A stretch of DNA of 64,000 nucleotides from Eledone cirrhosa (Eukaryota). Of this stretch, positions 42,195-56,439 are shown piece after piece. A program made the position numbers and the translations under genes. Location: the NCBI GenBank assembly GCA_964016885.1, contig OZ024755.1, positions 7,874,001 to 7,938,000 of the forward strand, given 5' to 3'. The notes under the pieces are model-generated. The model searched no databases. It was not told the origin of the DNA and saw nothing but the letters and a program-made list of their open reading frames with translations. Each line of letters begins with the position of its first letter. Within the stretch, counting starts at the first letter, position 1.

Positions 42195-42629
42195 TGGGAG
42201 GGAGGGAGTTTGTTGAGAGCAAGAGTGGATTGGCAGAGAGAGAAAGCGAGAGGATGAGAGAGACAAAGAGAAAGGATGAGAGAGAAATAGAGAGAAATAT
42301 TTATATTTATACATATACAAATATATATAAACAACCTCTTATAAACACACAGAGAAAGTAAGTGAGAAAGAAAGACAAACATATTTATACACACTGAGCC
42401 TTTCACATTCAGTACATAAACTTACAGCCCTATAAATATCCATCGTTAAACATAAGCACTGACTTAAAGTCAACGAAGACCGCTTGAACTTTCACACGAA
42501 CAAATACCATAAACATTAGTGGAGTGTCAGAATTACTAAACTGCTGGACTAAAACATACTAATTCCTATAATACCTAACAAGCGGAGCTTCTATGTGATC
42601 GCTAGAAATGCCAGCCAACTATCAATTAA

Positions 42630-42810
42630 ATAATTGTTTCTACCTTTGCAAGCAATTTCTATAAGGCCAGAAATCACCCCAGTGCATTACTGGGACGTTA
42701 TTTATCGACCCCGTAAGGATGAAAGGCAAAGCTAACCTTGGCAGGATTTGAACTCAGAACATAAAGGGCCATAACTCTATGCTTCAAAGCATGGTGTTTG
42801 ACGCTATAAT
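42630..42810 (-). mobile_element. tRNA-derived SINE
   Basis: tttatcgaccccgtaaggatgaaaggcaaag..gatttgaactcag. Confidence 0.72.
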
Positions 42811-43149
42811 ACCCTCATGTCATAAAGTAACTGAAATGATTGTAGAACTACCATCGGTTCCGACGAGTCTTCAACTTGTTTGATCAACAGAACAACGTTC
42901 GTCTCCAGGTGATCCTTCAGTGCAATATAGTGTGAAACAAGGTTGACTCTCTGTATTATAAGTATAACTGACTCACAGAGAGACTGTATACTTATCCTTA
43001 ATCATATACCCACAGTTCTCTAGCCAGACGCCCTTGACACAAACCCTTTTAGTCATCTCTTACGACACACAGGGATACTATATACCTATTCTAAACCATG
43101 TACACGGTTTAGAATAGGTATCACCTATTCTAAACCGTGTACATGGATC

Positions 43150-43293
43150 ACCTGGCGACGAACGTTCCGGAAGGACCTGATGGCAGCCAATATCACCTGG
43201 CACAGTCTCGAAAAAGTTGCCGCTGATCGTGACCGTTGGCGAGTACTTACTGCTCGATGCGCCGAACGGCGCGGAAGAATGTAAGACTAAGAC
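43150..43293 (+). mobile_element. 3' remnant of an RTE-type LINE
   Basis: Translates TWRRTFRKDLMAANITWHSLEKVAADRDRWRVLTARCAERRGRM*, with the A.DR..WR C-terminal signature; short taagac-repeat tail. Confidence 0.75.
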
Positions 43294-43971
43294 ACGGTTT
43301 TATAATGGGATGGCCTTCCTTAACACAAACCCTTTTATTTGCCTCTTACGGCACATAAGTACACTGTGTACCTATTCTACACCATATACACATATTTCTA
43401 TAACCGGATACCCTTCCTGAAAGAAGACCTTTTATTTGCCGCTTGCGATACACAGAGATACTGTGTACCTATTGTAAACCGGATACAAATGGTATCTGAA
43501 ATACACTGAGTCAAGAAAGAGAAAAATAGAGTCAAAAGCGGAGATGCTGTTTGATCATATACCTACTGGATTGGAGCCGACCTAGGGCTAAATAACAATA
43601 AATATAATGATGATGATCAGGAAAAACTAAATATCTGCTGAGTCAATAATCAAAGAAATGTGTGAAATAATCAAAGCTAATATTTAGTGCCATGTCTTGC
43701 GATTCCTTTATTTATGTCACTTTATCTAATCAACCATTTCTACAGAGAAATTCCAACATGGAATCTTACTAATTTTGGTATCATAGCATCTTAGTAACTT
43801 GGTAAGATGGTACACTGGGTAATGTTTGCTCTGAACTACACACGATCAACTCACATAGCAAATTACTTTCTCTTGTTTATATATCGATATCACTTGCTCG
43901 CCCAACCAAACACACCCTCTCGTTCTCTCTCTTCACCTCTCTCCTTCTCCCCCCCCCCTTATCGCTCCAGT

Positions 43972-44074
<103 letters not shown>

Positions 44075-44126
44075 TTCCTTTACTCTATATCTCTTTCTCC
44101 AATTCTTTTATTCGTTTATCCACTAC

Positions 44127-44326
44127 NNNNNNNNNNNNNNNNNNNNNNNNNNNNNNNNNNNNNNNNNNNNNNNNNNNNNNNNNNNNNNNNNNNNNNNNNN
44201 NNNNNNNNNNNNNNNNNNNNNNNNNNNNNNNNNNNNNNNNNNNNNNNNNNNNNNNNNNNNNNNNNNNNNNNNNNNNNNNNNNNNNNNNNNNNNNNNNNNN
44301 NNNNNNNNNNNNNNNNNNNNNNNNNN
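44127..44326. other. Assembly gap (200 N)
   Basis: Run of N. Confidence 1.
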
Positions 44327-44374
44327 ATACATACATATATATATACATACATATATATATACATACATATATAT

Positions 44375-44431
<57 letters not shown>

Positions 44432-44523
44432 CATACATACATACATACATATATATACACATACATATATATATATACATATATATATATATACACATAC
44501 TTACATATATATATATATATGTA

Positions 44524-44683
44524 GAAGTTCTATTTAAATTGTTGGGATACAACAAGCAAATATTTTTTTAACTGATATAAAGCACTCAACAAATTATTGG
44601 AGTAAAAATATCCTTTTCCTTGAAATATGTATAATGAAATAAATATGGTTTTATAAATATAGTTTCCATTTGTTAATATATCG
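44524..44683 (+). mobile_element. Family A element lacking the 5' half of the hammerhead
   Basis: Inverted tail joined directly to ccttGAAAtatgtataatgaaata...ttgttaat. Confidence 0.7.
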
Positions 44684-44729
44684 TATATATATATATGTAT
44701 ATGTATATATATATGTATATGTATACATA

Positions 44730-44765
<36 letters not shown>

Positions 44766-44769
44766 CATA

Positions 44770-44884
<115 letters not shown>

Positions 44885-45010
44885 ATACATATATATATAT
44901 ATACATATACATATATATATACATATACATATATATATACATATACATATATATATACATATATATATACATATACATATATATATATATACATATACAT
45001 ATATATATAC

Positions 45011-45214
<204 letters not shown>

Positions 45215-45989
45215 TAACTGGTGTAGAATAAGGTGGAGAGAAATAGAGTAATAGAGGAGAGAGAAAAAAAGTTAGCTACTTGCTTTTATATAAGTGTGTA
45301 TTTGGATACACATAACTTGATGTGGAACAAACGATAAATGACAAATGTTTTAATGTACTAAAAGAACCTTACATAAATGACAATAAATGGTATATTTAAT
45401 ATATTGTAAGTTAAGACTTGGAATTTACTGTATAATAAACAAATATCGTATATAACAGACATCAAATATATTATCTTTCAGAAAAAATATAATTTATGAT
45501 ATTTCTAAAAAAATGTTATAATAATGGTACTTATGAAATGAAGAGTCCTGCTATAGCGAATTAATTGTACAAACGCCATAACAACATATGGAAACAGATG
45601 TAATATTAAATAGACTTATTGTTCGACAGACAAAAGCCAACACATTTTTGATTTAGTTGGATGTGAACTTAGGATGAGGAATTTAATGGAATTGAATTAG
45701 ATTTTAAGTAATTCAATAAAAACATCCATTTACAAAACAAAATTGCACAACCCTATTGTTCCCATATAACTTTAGGGGGACTGTTTTAACAAAGCACATG
45801 CTGTCAAGAACATTCTATATGTAGGTCCACTGTTAGGTTTTGTTATTATTTTTTACAGAACTTCCGGGGGTTGACAACGGGGGAAAAAACTCTTTTGTTT
45901 ATCTGTGTTTTATTAAATGAAACCTTTATATTCTATTTTTGTTATTACTGTCAATGAACATTTAGATATTGAGTTTGAATGGAGGGATA

Positions 45990-46330
45990 ATAATAGTTTC
46001 GGGCTAGAACTTTCGAAAGGGAGGGTCATGTCGGTTAAATTTACTTCAGTTCTATACTGGTACTTAATTTCATCGATCCCGGCAAGATGAATGGCAAAAT
46101 TAACCTTCTTAGGTTTCGAAATCAGAACACAAAGCCGGATTTAATAATTGTTTCTACTTTTGGCACAAGGCCAGCAATTACCTCCAGTGCATTACTGGTA
46201 CTTTATTTTATCGACCCCGTAAGGATGAAAGGCAAAGTTAACCTCGGCGAGATTTGAACTCAGAATGGAAAGGGCCGTAACGCTTTGCGTCAAAGCATGG
46301 CGTCCGACCCTCTACCGATACTGCCAATCC
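45990..46330 (-). mobile_element. Two tandem tRNA-derived SINEs (older ~45990-46140, younger ~46143-46330)
   Basis: Both carry ctggtact..atcga.ccc..gatgaa.ggcaaa; the second is complete from tail (ataattgtttctactttt) to head (accgatactgccaatcc). Confidence 0.75.
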
Positions 46331-46540
46331 ATACACATTATTTAGCCCTACGCTCTAACAATTCAGCCAACCCTCAACACACCAGAGTGATTATAGTAGA
46401 GGCACCATGTGTATATTTGGATGAATTGAAATTAACCCAATATTTTCCAATTTTGTCAACGTGTACCAATATAACAGATTATAAAATGTCAAAGGCTTCC
46501 TTCAATTAAAATAACGACGTTTTTTTTAATGTATTTGCAG

Positions 46541-46696
46541 GTTTTTCAAGCAGACACAATGGGTGTAATAACATTATCTGACATTGATTATGGTCAGATA
46601 TTTGGACCATTCCCTATATCTCAGACCAAAGCTGACCCAGCAACATTCATTGGTCTTCTGACCAAAGACAAACAAGTGGACACCATTTTGCTTAAG
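46541..46696 (+). CDS. PRDM8: PRDM8-like gene, first visible coding exon (N-terminal PR/SET domain)
   Basis: Acceptor tttgcag| at 46540, donor aag|gttagt at 46697; 156 nt, phase 0. VFQADTMGVITLSDIDYGQIFGPFPIS...FIGLLTKDKQVDTILLK resembles the PRDM8 N-terminal PR region (IFGP motif). Candidate ATG at 46559; upstream exon not identified. Confidence 0.85.
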
Positions 46697-46972
46697 GTTA
46701 GTGTGATTAATCTATTGGTGATGTATTAGTGTTTTGTTTCAATACAATACTATACTATATATACAGATAGTGTACTATACTATAGAATATATCTACAGAT
46801 AGTACAATATACTGTACTATAAAATATATCTCTAACCCAATGTATATATGTTTATATACAACACAGGCCAATTTGTTTCAATAACATGTTCAGTTATACA
46901 CCTGGATAGCAACGTTTCAGACATCAACCGTCAAACTAGTTTTATGGCCTAGTCAGAGAAATCCCACTCAAA

Positions 46973-47016
<44 letters not shown>

Positions 47017-47019
<3 letters not shown>

Positions 47020-47092
47020 AGTAAGTAAGACCCCGACGGCTGAGCACTTTGGTGCGTTATGGTCCACCTGGTTCCTTACCACTTTTCCCTCG

Positions 47093-47094
<2 letters not shown>
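47017..47094. mobile_element. Internally deleted family B element in the first visible PRDM8 intron
   Basis: agaccccgacggctgagc joined to ggtgcgttatggtccacctggttccttacc; (TA)n on both sides. Confidence 0.7.
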
Positions 47095-47174
<80 letters not shown>

Positions 47175-47937
47175 TATAGTATATTATTTGAGTGTATAGT
47201 ATATAGTATATTATTTGAGTTTATCACTAGTACTGAGTCCTTTTACTAATATAATTATTATTGTTATTTTACAGCTAACTCTGATATTAATATCATATAT
47301 ATATATATAAATGTGTGTGTATGTGTGTGTGTATGTGCGTGTGTATGAGTGTGTATTCGTATGTGTGTGTGTGTGTGTGTGTGTTATATGAATATATTTG
47401 TAATGGCTGGGCTACAGCTTGCCTCAGTCCAAGGGCTGGAACAGGCAAAATAGAAAAACAGTAGTTATAGTATGTGTGTATATATGTGAGCATATATGTG
47501 TGTGTGAGAGAGTGATTGTGTGTGTGTGCTGGTGTGAGTGTGAATATATGTGTGTGTGTGTGTGTGTGTGAATATGTGTGTGTGTGTGTGTGTGTGTGAA
47601 TATGTGTATGTGTGTATGTGTGCGTGTGTGTGAGTGTGAATATGTGTGTGTGTGGGTATGTGAATGTAGAATCAGATTTTCATACACAGATGATCAGAAA
47701 TACAAATCTACAATGAACAGATGTGGATATATAGTTTCTTCTCTACATATTTATATATTTGCATGTCTTTATACTAACCTAGTTGCCGCCTCACTGTTGT
47801 CTGAATATTACTGAATTCTACAGTGGCTTCGGTTTAGTCACTACTTAGTGCCAAAGCAGATTAGAAGCCATTATGATTGGCATTCTGTTACGTCTCTTTA
47901 ATTAAACATTACAAACATTGTCTTTAAATCTTTGCAG

Positions 47938-48157
47938 GTGGACTTAATGGTGGATAAAGATCGCTCGGTTGAATGGCTTCCCTATATCCAGCCAGCTCGT
48001 GATGAGGACGAACAGAATATAGAAGCTTATATGAAGGATGGTTATGTATACTACCGCGCCTTGAGGATTATTAGAAAAAATGAGGACCTTTACGTGTGGT
48101 ATAGCAAGGACTTCTCACAGATACTAGCCATTCCTGAAGTGCAGAGAAAGCAACGAG
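47938..48157 (+). CDS. PRDM8: PRDM8-like gene, coding exon 2 (PR/SET core)
   Basis: Acceptor tttgcag|gtg, donor cgag|gtaaat; in frame with the previous exon, ends in phase 1. EWLPYIQPARDEDEQNIEAYMKDGYVYYRALRIIRKNEDLYVWY is the PR-domain signature (W..IQ.AR...EQN.EAY...YYR....I...E.L.VWY). Confidence 0.92.
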
Positions 48158-48476
48158 GTAAATTGTGTTAGAGATATTGTTGTAGTTGATGGGGTTTAGT
48201 GTCAGAAGGAGTGCAAAGTAAGTCAGGCAAGCTGGTAATCCGATAAGACACGACGTTGACCATTGTAAAAGGAATACTATCGAAGTTGGTTGAGTGGCTG
48301 TGCTGTGTGGGTGAGAGGATATATGTAGAGTGAGTGGGAGGAAGAGTAAAAATACATCTATGGAAAGAGAGACAAACAAACAGATAGACAGACAGACACT
48401 GAAAAAGATCTGCTTTTTCCTGATGGTTTATGAATAATAGAGTATGAAAAATTGAAAGGAAAGAAGAATGGATTGG

Positions 48477-48624
<148 letters not shown>

Positions 48625-48635
48625 AATATAACCTC

Positions 48636-48671
<36 letters not shown>

Positions 48672-48907
48672 GAGGTTATATTTAATTTGTTGGGATTCAA
48701 CAAGCTTAAACATTTTTATAACTGATATAAAGCACTCAACAGGAGGCTTCAACCGTTAAGGTTGTCTTTTTTCCGGGTATGTCAATATTTATTTATAAAA
48801 CAAATCTGTATTTTATCTGATGAAAGCGCACCATAATTTGCCTTGGTTGCCCTTGAAATATATATAATAAATATGGTTTTATAAATATAGTTTCCATTTA
48901 TTAATAT

Positions 48908-48911
<4 letters not shown>
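48672..48911 (+). mobile_element. Family A element in the second visible PRDM8 intron
   Basis: Same tail-inversion and body blocks as the 4460 copy. Confidence 0.72.
48809..48873 (+). ncRNA. Type I hammerhead ribozyme (family A), sense to PRDM8 pre-mRNA
   Basis: CTGATGA at 48817-48823, stem II aagcgcacc/ggttgccctt (bulged), GAAA at 48855-48858, loop ATAT, AUA triplet ending 48866, 5-bp stem I. Confidence 0.65.
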
Positions 48912-48979
<68 letters not shown>

Positions 48980-48984
48980 CATAT

Positions 48985-49101
<117 letters not shown>

Positions 49102-49120
49102 AGTGTGTACATATGTATGA

Positions 49121-49178
<58 letters not shown>

Positions 49179-50327
49179 ATACATATATGTATGTGTGTGA
49201 TAAGAGAGGGAAAATGCCAGCCATAAATATTTTCACATATAGAAAGAATGAACGATAGAAAGAAATAAAGAAACTAAGAAAGAAAGACACAAGAAAAAAA
49301 GAATAAAAAAAGAGAGAAAGAAAGAAAGAAATAGAATGATGAAGGAAGTCAAGAGAAAGAAGGGGTGAGCAGAACTTATATTAAAATAAGTATGACTAGA
49401 TAGCCATAAGTTAGAGAAATGGTGGAGGAAAAAGTGAGAAAGATATATAAGAAAGATATATAAGATATATAAAAAGTGAGAAAGATATACAAGAAAGATA
49501 TATAAGATATATAAAAAGTGAGAAATATATATAAGAAAGATAAATAAGAGAAGGAGACTTACATAACTGTGATGTAATCTTAGATAAATGGACAGAAAGT
49601 AAATATATATAGGATTATAACTAGAGAGAGAGGGGGTGGGTGAGAGGAGAGAGAGAATAGGAGGGGGAACTAAAAGAAAAGAAAGATAGTGGTGGGGGGA
49701 GGTTGAAGAAGAAAGAGAGAAATATGGGGTAGTGGAAAAAGAATGGAGAGGAGTGGTGTATGAGGTATATGATGAGGTAAAAACAAAGTTATTTGTGTAA
49801 ACGATTAGAAAGAAATACAGTGATACTAAACAAGATAGAGATAGATGAACGGACGTACAGAAATTGATACAGGTATGGCTGTATAATGACATGTATAAAG
49901 TCCATCACACCTTAAAAAGAAAGCTCCATCTTTCTTTTATCTAAGACTTCGTGCGATAGAGCTTAGTATTAAATCAATTTCTCTGAACTAAGTAGTTTTT
50001 ACATTAGGATCTGGTAGATTTGCCATCTTGTAAGATTTGCTCGGCCATCTTGTCTCATTGTAATCTCTGTGCACGATACGTGCGTATATATATGAATATA
50101 TGTGTGTATCTGTGTGTGTAAATTATCGAATTTTCATTTGCACGAAAGCAATATATATATGTATATATGGGGTGTATGAAATGTATGCAAGCATGTATGT
50201 ATATATGGTATTGTATGTATGTTTGTGCACATATATGTGTTAGGTATTGTAATCTCCACTCACGTTACATACGTATGTAACATATATTGCAGCTATTTTA
50301 ATCTCAATGCACGGTATATATATTTCA

Positions 50328-50378
<51 letters not shown>

Positions 50379-51286
50379 CAGATATTGTCATTTCGTTGCA
50401 CGTTACATATGTATATAATACATATATATGTGTGTTTGTGTGCGTATCATTCTAGTTAGTTAAAAGTTTCTGATTATAAGTGCAAGGAAGATATAATCTA
50501 AAAAGCTTAATATTTCGGACATTTTATTCGTTATTCCAACTTTACAAAAGTATGTCAGACAAGAAACTATATGTAGTTTAGTTACATAAACAATATTTCA
50601 AACTAGCCAGGGATAAACTTTGGTTGGGTAGATTCAATTCTGAAATTCAAACACATAGTTCCTATGTTAGTGTTCCATACCAGATTTTACAGGATTTGTT
50701 GTTGTTCTTGTTGTTGTTCTACGTAAGAATTAAGAAAGAAGTACTCTTATAATAAGATATGACAAAACTATTAAAAGAAACTTTATGGGGTTGTTAGTTC
50801 TCTAGCACGCAACGTTGTAAACACAGTGCATCTTTGAGAGGTAATTCTTCCAATTTTGTTATGCTACCTGGAAGCAAATAGCTCTATAAACTTTACATTA
50901 TATAAATAATACATCAACTATATCCAGGTCGGTTTCACCATAGTGTTCTTTAAGTTCGCTTTCCGTGTTACTATGTGTTAGACGGAGATACAAATTTACA
51001 ACTTAAATTTCAACTTCCAAACAAGAAATATGCGACTGTTTTTCCTTACACAAACAGTTTTACTATGACTGAAATAATGGTTTTGTCGCATTGAATTTAG
51101 AGAATAATTTGGAAATTATTGATTTACAAAAGAATTAGTAAATTAACTAGATCCAATCTGTACTTGTTACTAGTAACTTATCTCCGAATATTTTTTCAAT
51201 AAAATGTTGTTGATAAACGAAAATAGTGTTTCTAAAATTCCAATTTGTTTTCTTTTCTAAACCTAATTTCATTATATTTTTTTCAG

Positions 51287-52572
51287 ATTCAGATCCTTAC
51301 ATTTGTCCTCGGTGTGGAGAAGTTTTTGAATATCCATTTCCTTTAAGAGCTCATCTTAGATTTACCTGCGAGCCAAGGTCCTTAATGACATTGAATGCTA
51401 ACCAACTGATTTCCCGCCAGGAACGACAGCTGAAGCTTGAATCAATAGAATCCCATTTGGAGAGTTCCAGAATCAAAAACTGCCCCCGAGCGCTGGAATT
51501 CCATACTATTCAACGAGAAAATGACAGCAAAAATGATTCGGCGTCAGTAATCAAAGACTATTCTAGGAATGTGACAATTATGGAAGTCAGCCGTAAACGT
51601 CATATTGATGATACAGATACATTAACACCTTCTCCTAAACTTCACACAGATAATTATACAAAAGTTGAGCGGAAAACATTAGAGAATGGTATTAGTAAAA
51701 TACAAAGAATAACTCCCCCATTTTCTCCGGATAACAGCGAAAATACGCTGAAATTCCGCGAAGAATCCGAAGAAAATCGAAGCGCATTTACAAAAGTTGA
51801 AAAGTCGCATTCACCGAAAAACGGTATTAGTAACAACAACATAACTGTCAGTAACCATAGCAACAATACGACTATTTCGAATCATCTAATTACGTCATTA
51901 CCCAGCCCTTTGTTGTCCTCGAAAGCTTCATTATCCCCCGCTATTTCTATGACATTTTCCGGTTCTCACTATAGTATACCTTCGTTAACTAATGTCCGCC
52001 TTAGTTCAGCACATTCCGGCTCACTAGCCTCTCCTGCTGATTTATCTCATGTTACTAATGCTAATACTCTTTACCTACCACGGTATCCTGTTTTTCCGTC
52101 TTTCGGACTGACATCTGCGGCAGTTGCAGCAGCCGCTGCCCAGCCTCTTTCGGATAGTAATTCACAGCACAGTATTATGGAAATTTATAAGAGTGGTCTA
52201 GTTCATACGTCGGAGCATTATGGAAGCGAAAATGGCTTAAGCTTTCCAAAACATCCGATATTTCATGAAAGACCTCCAGTCAACCCATTTATGAAAACTC
52301 AGAATCCAATGGTAGAAAAGATTATTGCTGGTACGGCGCCATCCATGTTACATACACCTCTGACAGCGTTAACCCTCTCTCAGAATTGGTGTGCCAAGTG
52401 TAACGCTACATTCAGGATGACAAGTGACTTAGTTTATCACATGCGTTCTCATCATAAACGTGAATTCGATCCGATGAAACGAAAGCGGGAAGACAAATTA
52501 AAGTGTTCCATTTGTAATGAAACCTTCCGCGAGAGACATCATTTAACACGTCACATGACCTCACATGTATAG
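51287..52572 (+). CDS. PRDM8: PRDM8-like gene, last coding exon (three zinc fingers, Ser/Pro-rich linker)
   Basis: Acceptor ttttttcag|at fits phase 1 (G+AT=Asp). Finger CPRCGEVFEYPFPLRAHLRFTC; C-terminal QNWCAKCNATFRMTSDLVYHMRSHHK...KLKCSICNETFRERHHLTRHMTSH closely matches the PRDM8/ZNF488 C-terminus as I recall it. Stop TAG at 52570-52572. Spliced visible CDS is 1662 nt. Confidence 0.93.
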
Positions 52573-53267
52573 TAAATAAAACTACATATTAATATAAATA
52601 TAAATATATAATATAAAAAAATAATAAAGGAAAAAAAAACTTCACATGACGTGCGATATATTGTAGATAGATAAAGTACAATTCTTTTTTTTTTCTTTTA
52701 TTATTTTTTGCTATTTGCTGTGAAACATACCCAGAACTCAACTGTGTGACATTATAAATAACTTTGAGACTATAGTAGAATTTACTACTCTTTAATTGGG
52801 TCAACAATATCTCGTGAAAAAGTAACTTTATTCTGTTTTATTTATTATTTATTATTATCATTATTATTTTTTTTTTTTTGCTACATGCACACCATTAGGT
52901 AATAATACATCCAGAAAAAAAACATATCATTAACAAAATCTATTTTCTTTATCAACCACTATCCCCCTCCACTCCTTTTTTCTCTCTATTTCTATCTAAT
53001 ATATCCATCTATCTTTCCATATATTTATATTTCTCTCTCCCTATAAATTTCTCCGAGTCATTCCTCTTTTCCCATGTCTCTATCCCTAACTTTCTTTTCT
53101 CTTCCTTTCTCCCATTTACATAGACTTTACTATTCATCTCTTTTCCTCCCGAGCATGAAACAATGCTCGCCTTTTTTTTCTTGTTAGTTTGTTTGTTTAT
53201 AATTTTTTTTGCTTTTTGGTTACTGTGCATTCAGTCGAGAAATAAAAAAAAACTTACAGTAAAGCAA

Positions 53268-53298
<31 letters not shown>

Positions 53299-53672
53299 GC
53301 AACAACAACAAAAATAACTACAACAGCAACAACAACAAATCTAGTGGATGCATGTAGACATAGACATCCTTGCTACTAAAAAAATCTGCCCCGTTTTTAA
53401 GTTGTATATATGTGTTCATCGACGGGCTTGTCTTTCCATATATAAATATGAATAGAACTTTAAAAGGGTCTGCTATACCTGTCCTCAACTAACATGCTCT
53501 GTTTTTTTTCCTTATTATTGTTATTCATATTCTTAATCTTACCTAACATGTGATCTATCCTCATATTTCCACTCACTCATTGTTATTACAGATGTAAATA
53601 CTATTTTTTCTTGCTTATATAGCAGCTAATGTAAATTCTTCGTGGAGGAGTTGCAAATCGGTGAAGCGAACT

Positions 53673-53715
53673 AATAAATGTATTCTGGTGTTTAGTTATG
53701 TCTCTTTCTGTTCTG
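53673..53715 (+). promoter_or_regulatory. Candidate polyadenylation signal of the PRDM8-like gene
   Basis: AATAAA followed by a GT/T-rich tract about 1.1 kb after the stop; other AATAAA hexamers exist (e.g. 52575), so not unique. Confidence 0.3.
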
Positions 53716-53914
53716 CATTCAAATCAAACCGAGGACAAACATTGACATTCTTCGATCTGGGATCGGAAAAATAAATACCTGTTAAATATTGGTATTAATT
53801 TCATCCACTATGTCATCTACCTTTCTTCCCAATCTAATGTTTGGCTTAGTGTATATGTTAGAAATTTAAAGTCTTGTCTACAAAGCATCTGCATTGAAAT
53901 AAATTATACATATA

Positions 53915-54107
53915 CAGAGTGAACATTAAGTCTTTCTCCGACTGTTTCATAGACGCCATTTTGTTACTGAGAAGAGAAAATGAAAAATATGTTCAGAAAA
54001 AAATTTTAACTCGAAATTTATAAATTAAAACAATGAAAAGGTAAAATCTCAAATAGTGTCTGAGATATGGTATTTTATAATCAGGGAAAGACTTTATGCT
54101 CACCCTG
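53915..54107. mobile_element. Tc1/mariner-type MITE
   Basis: TA-cagagtgaacattaagtctttc ... gaaagactttatgctcaccctg-TA imperfect terminal inverted repeats. Confidence 0.7.
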
Positions 54108-54577
54108 TATATACATGTCTATGTGTGAGTGGGGGTGTTTAGAAGACGGCGAGCGGCATTTGAAATTTCAATAAAAATTTGAAGGTTTCGCCGTATTTTT
54201 GACTAATAAAAATAGTCTAATAATGGGGCATATCAGCACCCCTGAACGGAAAAAGATGGGCATCAGCGCACAAGCTGGGGCACAATCCCACGCCACTTGT
54301 TTGCCGTATAATTGCGCTACCATTTACACCAATATATATATATTTAATTATGTAATGAACAACGTAAGACAATTATTCCATTTACCAAAGGTAAACGGTA
54401 ATAATTGCAATTTCAGTCTCTGTTGGGCTCGTCTGTCTTCGTGAAAACTTTGGTAAATGGAATAATTGCCTTATCTTGTTTATTACATAATTCAATAGCT
54501 CTGTAGCATACATAGAGCACTCTCCTTTCCTTTACCCTTCCTACGGAAACAATTCATATATATATATATTTATATAT

Positions 54578-54642
<65 letters not shown>

Positions 54643-54964
54643 GATTCAGTAGATTTGTGGTTTACTGAGGAAGATACCAATATTTGTGTATATATTAAGA
54701 AGAACAAAACGAGGTTTCCCATGAGGTTTTTATTGATTAGGGTCAGTTACGAATGTATTATATGAGATGTCATTCTGGTTTTGGTTGATTAACAAGTCTC
54801 CTGAGCAGATGGGGCCGGAGTCCGGTGTATTACACACATATGGATACTGTGACTCCCATGTGTGAAACCTTCGTAACCAAACCTCATCAATAAAGATCTC
54901 ATGTGCAAGCTCGTTTGTTTCTTCTTAATATAAATACATATGGTTGTTTTTTCTTCATTTTAAA

Positions 54965-55009
<45 letters not shown>

Positions 55010-55078
55010 GAGTGTGTATGTGTGTAATCAAGAAATGTATGGATTCATTAATTCAATACATGTATCAATGTATTAACA

Positions 55079-55125
<47 letters not shown>

Positions 55126-55127
55126 AT

Positions 55128-55193
<66 letters not shown>

Positions 55194-55465
55194 CCAGCTA
55201 CCATAGGTTTCGAAGCATAGCCCTCTAATAGGCATAAAGTTTTATTAAGATCTACTTCGGACTGCTTTTCATCAAGCGAGTTTATAAGATGAATTGCACT
55301 CCTTAATAGACCCTAATAACATTTTATGTCTAATATAGAGGCACGCTTCAAGAACTGAGGTAGTGATCAACTATTCAAGCAACCATTAATAACAGTTAAG
55401 CTCTGATAATATAGAGCGCTCTTTTTAATTCATCCTTTCTTCGGAAACATTTGACACTACATTCA

Positions 55466-55686
<221 letters not shown>

Positions 55687-55965
55687 GAAAATAGAGAAAT
55701 TAATGTGAGCAAGAAGCCAACGATTCATACATATAAGTGACTATTACGTCAAGATGGAAAATATTTAACGTAAGATATGGGAAAATAATTCAATCTCAAT
55801 TCAGAAAAAAAAATATATATATATATATATATGAAAATATATATATATATATATATGAATATATATATATATATATATATATTTTCATATATATATATAT
55901 TTTCATATATATATATTTTTTTTTTGGCGTCCGACTTTCTACCGATACTGCCAATCCCCCGCCTT

Positions 55966-56247
<282 letters not shown>

Positions 56248-56400
56248 TGAAGGCGAGGGATTGGCAGTATCGGTAGAAAGTCGGACGCCATGCTTTGACG
56301 CATATAGTTACGGCCCTTGCCATTGTGAGTTCAAATCCCGCCGAGGTTAACTCTGCCTTTCATGCTTACGGGGTCGATAAAATAAAGTACCAGTAATGTA
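56248..56400 (+). mobile_element. tRNA-derived SINE (same subfamily as 46143)
   Basis: gaaggcgagggattggcagtatcggtag..gagttcaaatcccgccgaggttaac..ggggtcgataaaataaagtaccag. Confidence 0.8.
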
Positions 56401-56407
56401 GTGTCAA

Positions 56408-56439
<32 letters not shown>

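Noticed and set aside
43746-43801. Possible upstream PRDM8 exon (ctacag|...|gtaaga)
   Set aside because: Stop in the frame needed to join; could be a UTR exon but cannot be supported without transcripts.
51226-51286. N-terminal extension of the 448-aa ORF
   Set aside because: Intronic polypyrimidine tract upstream of the acceptor.
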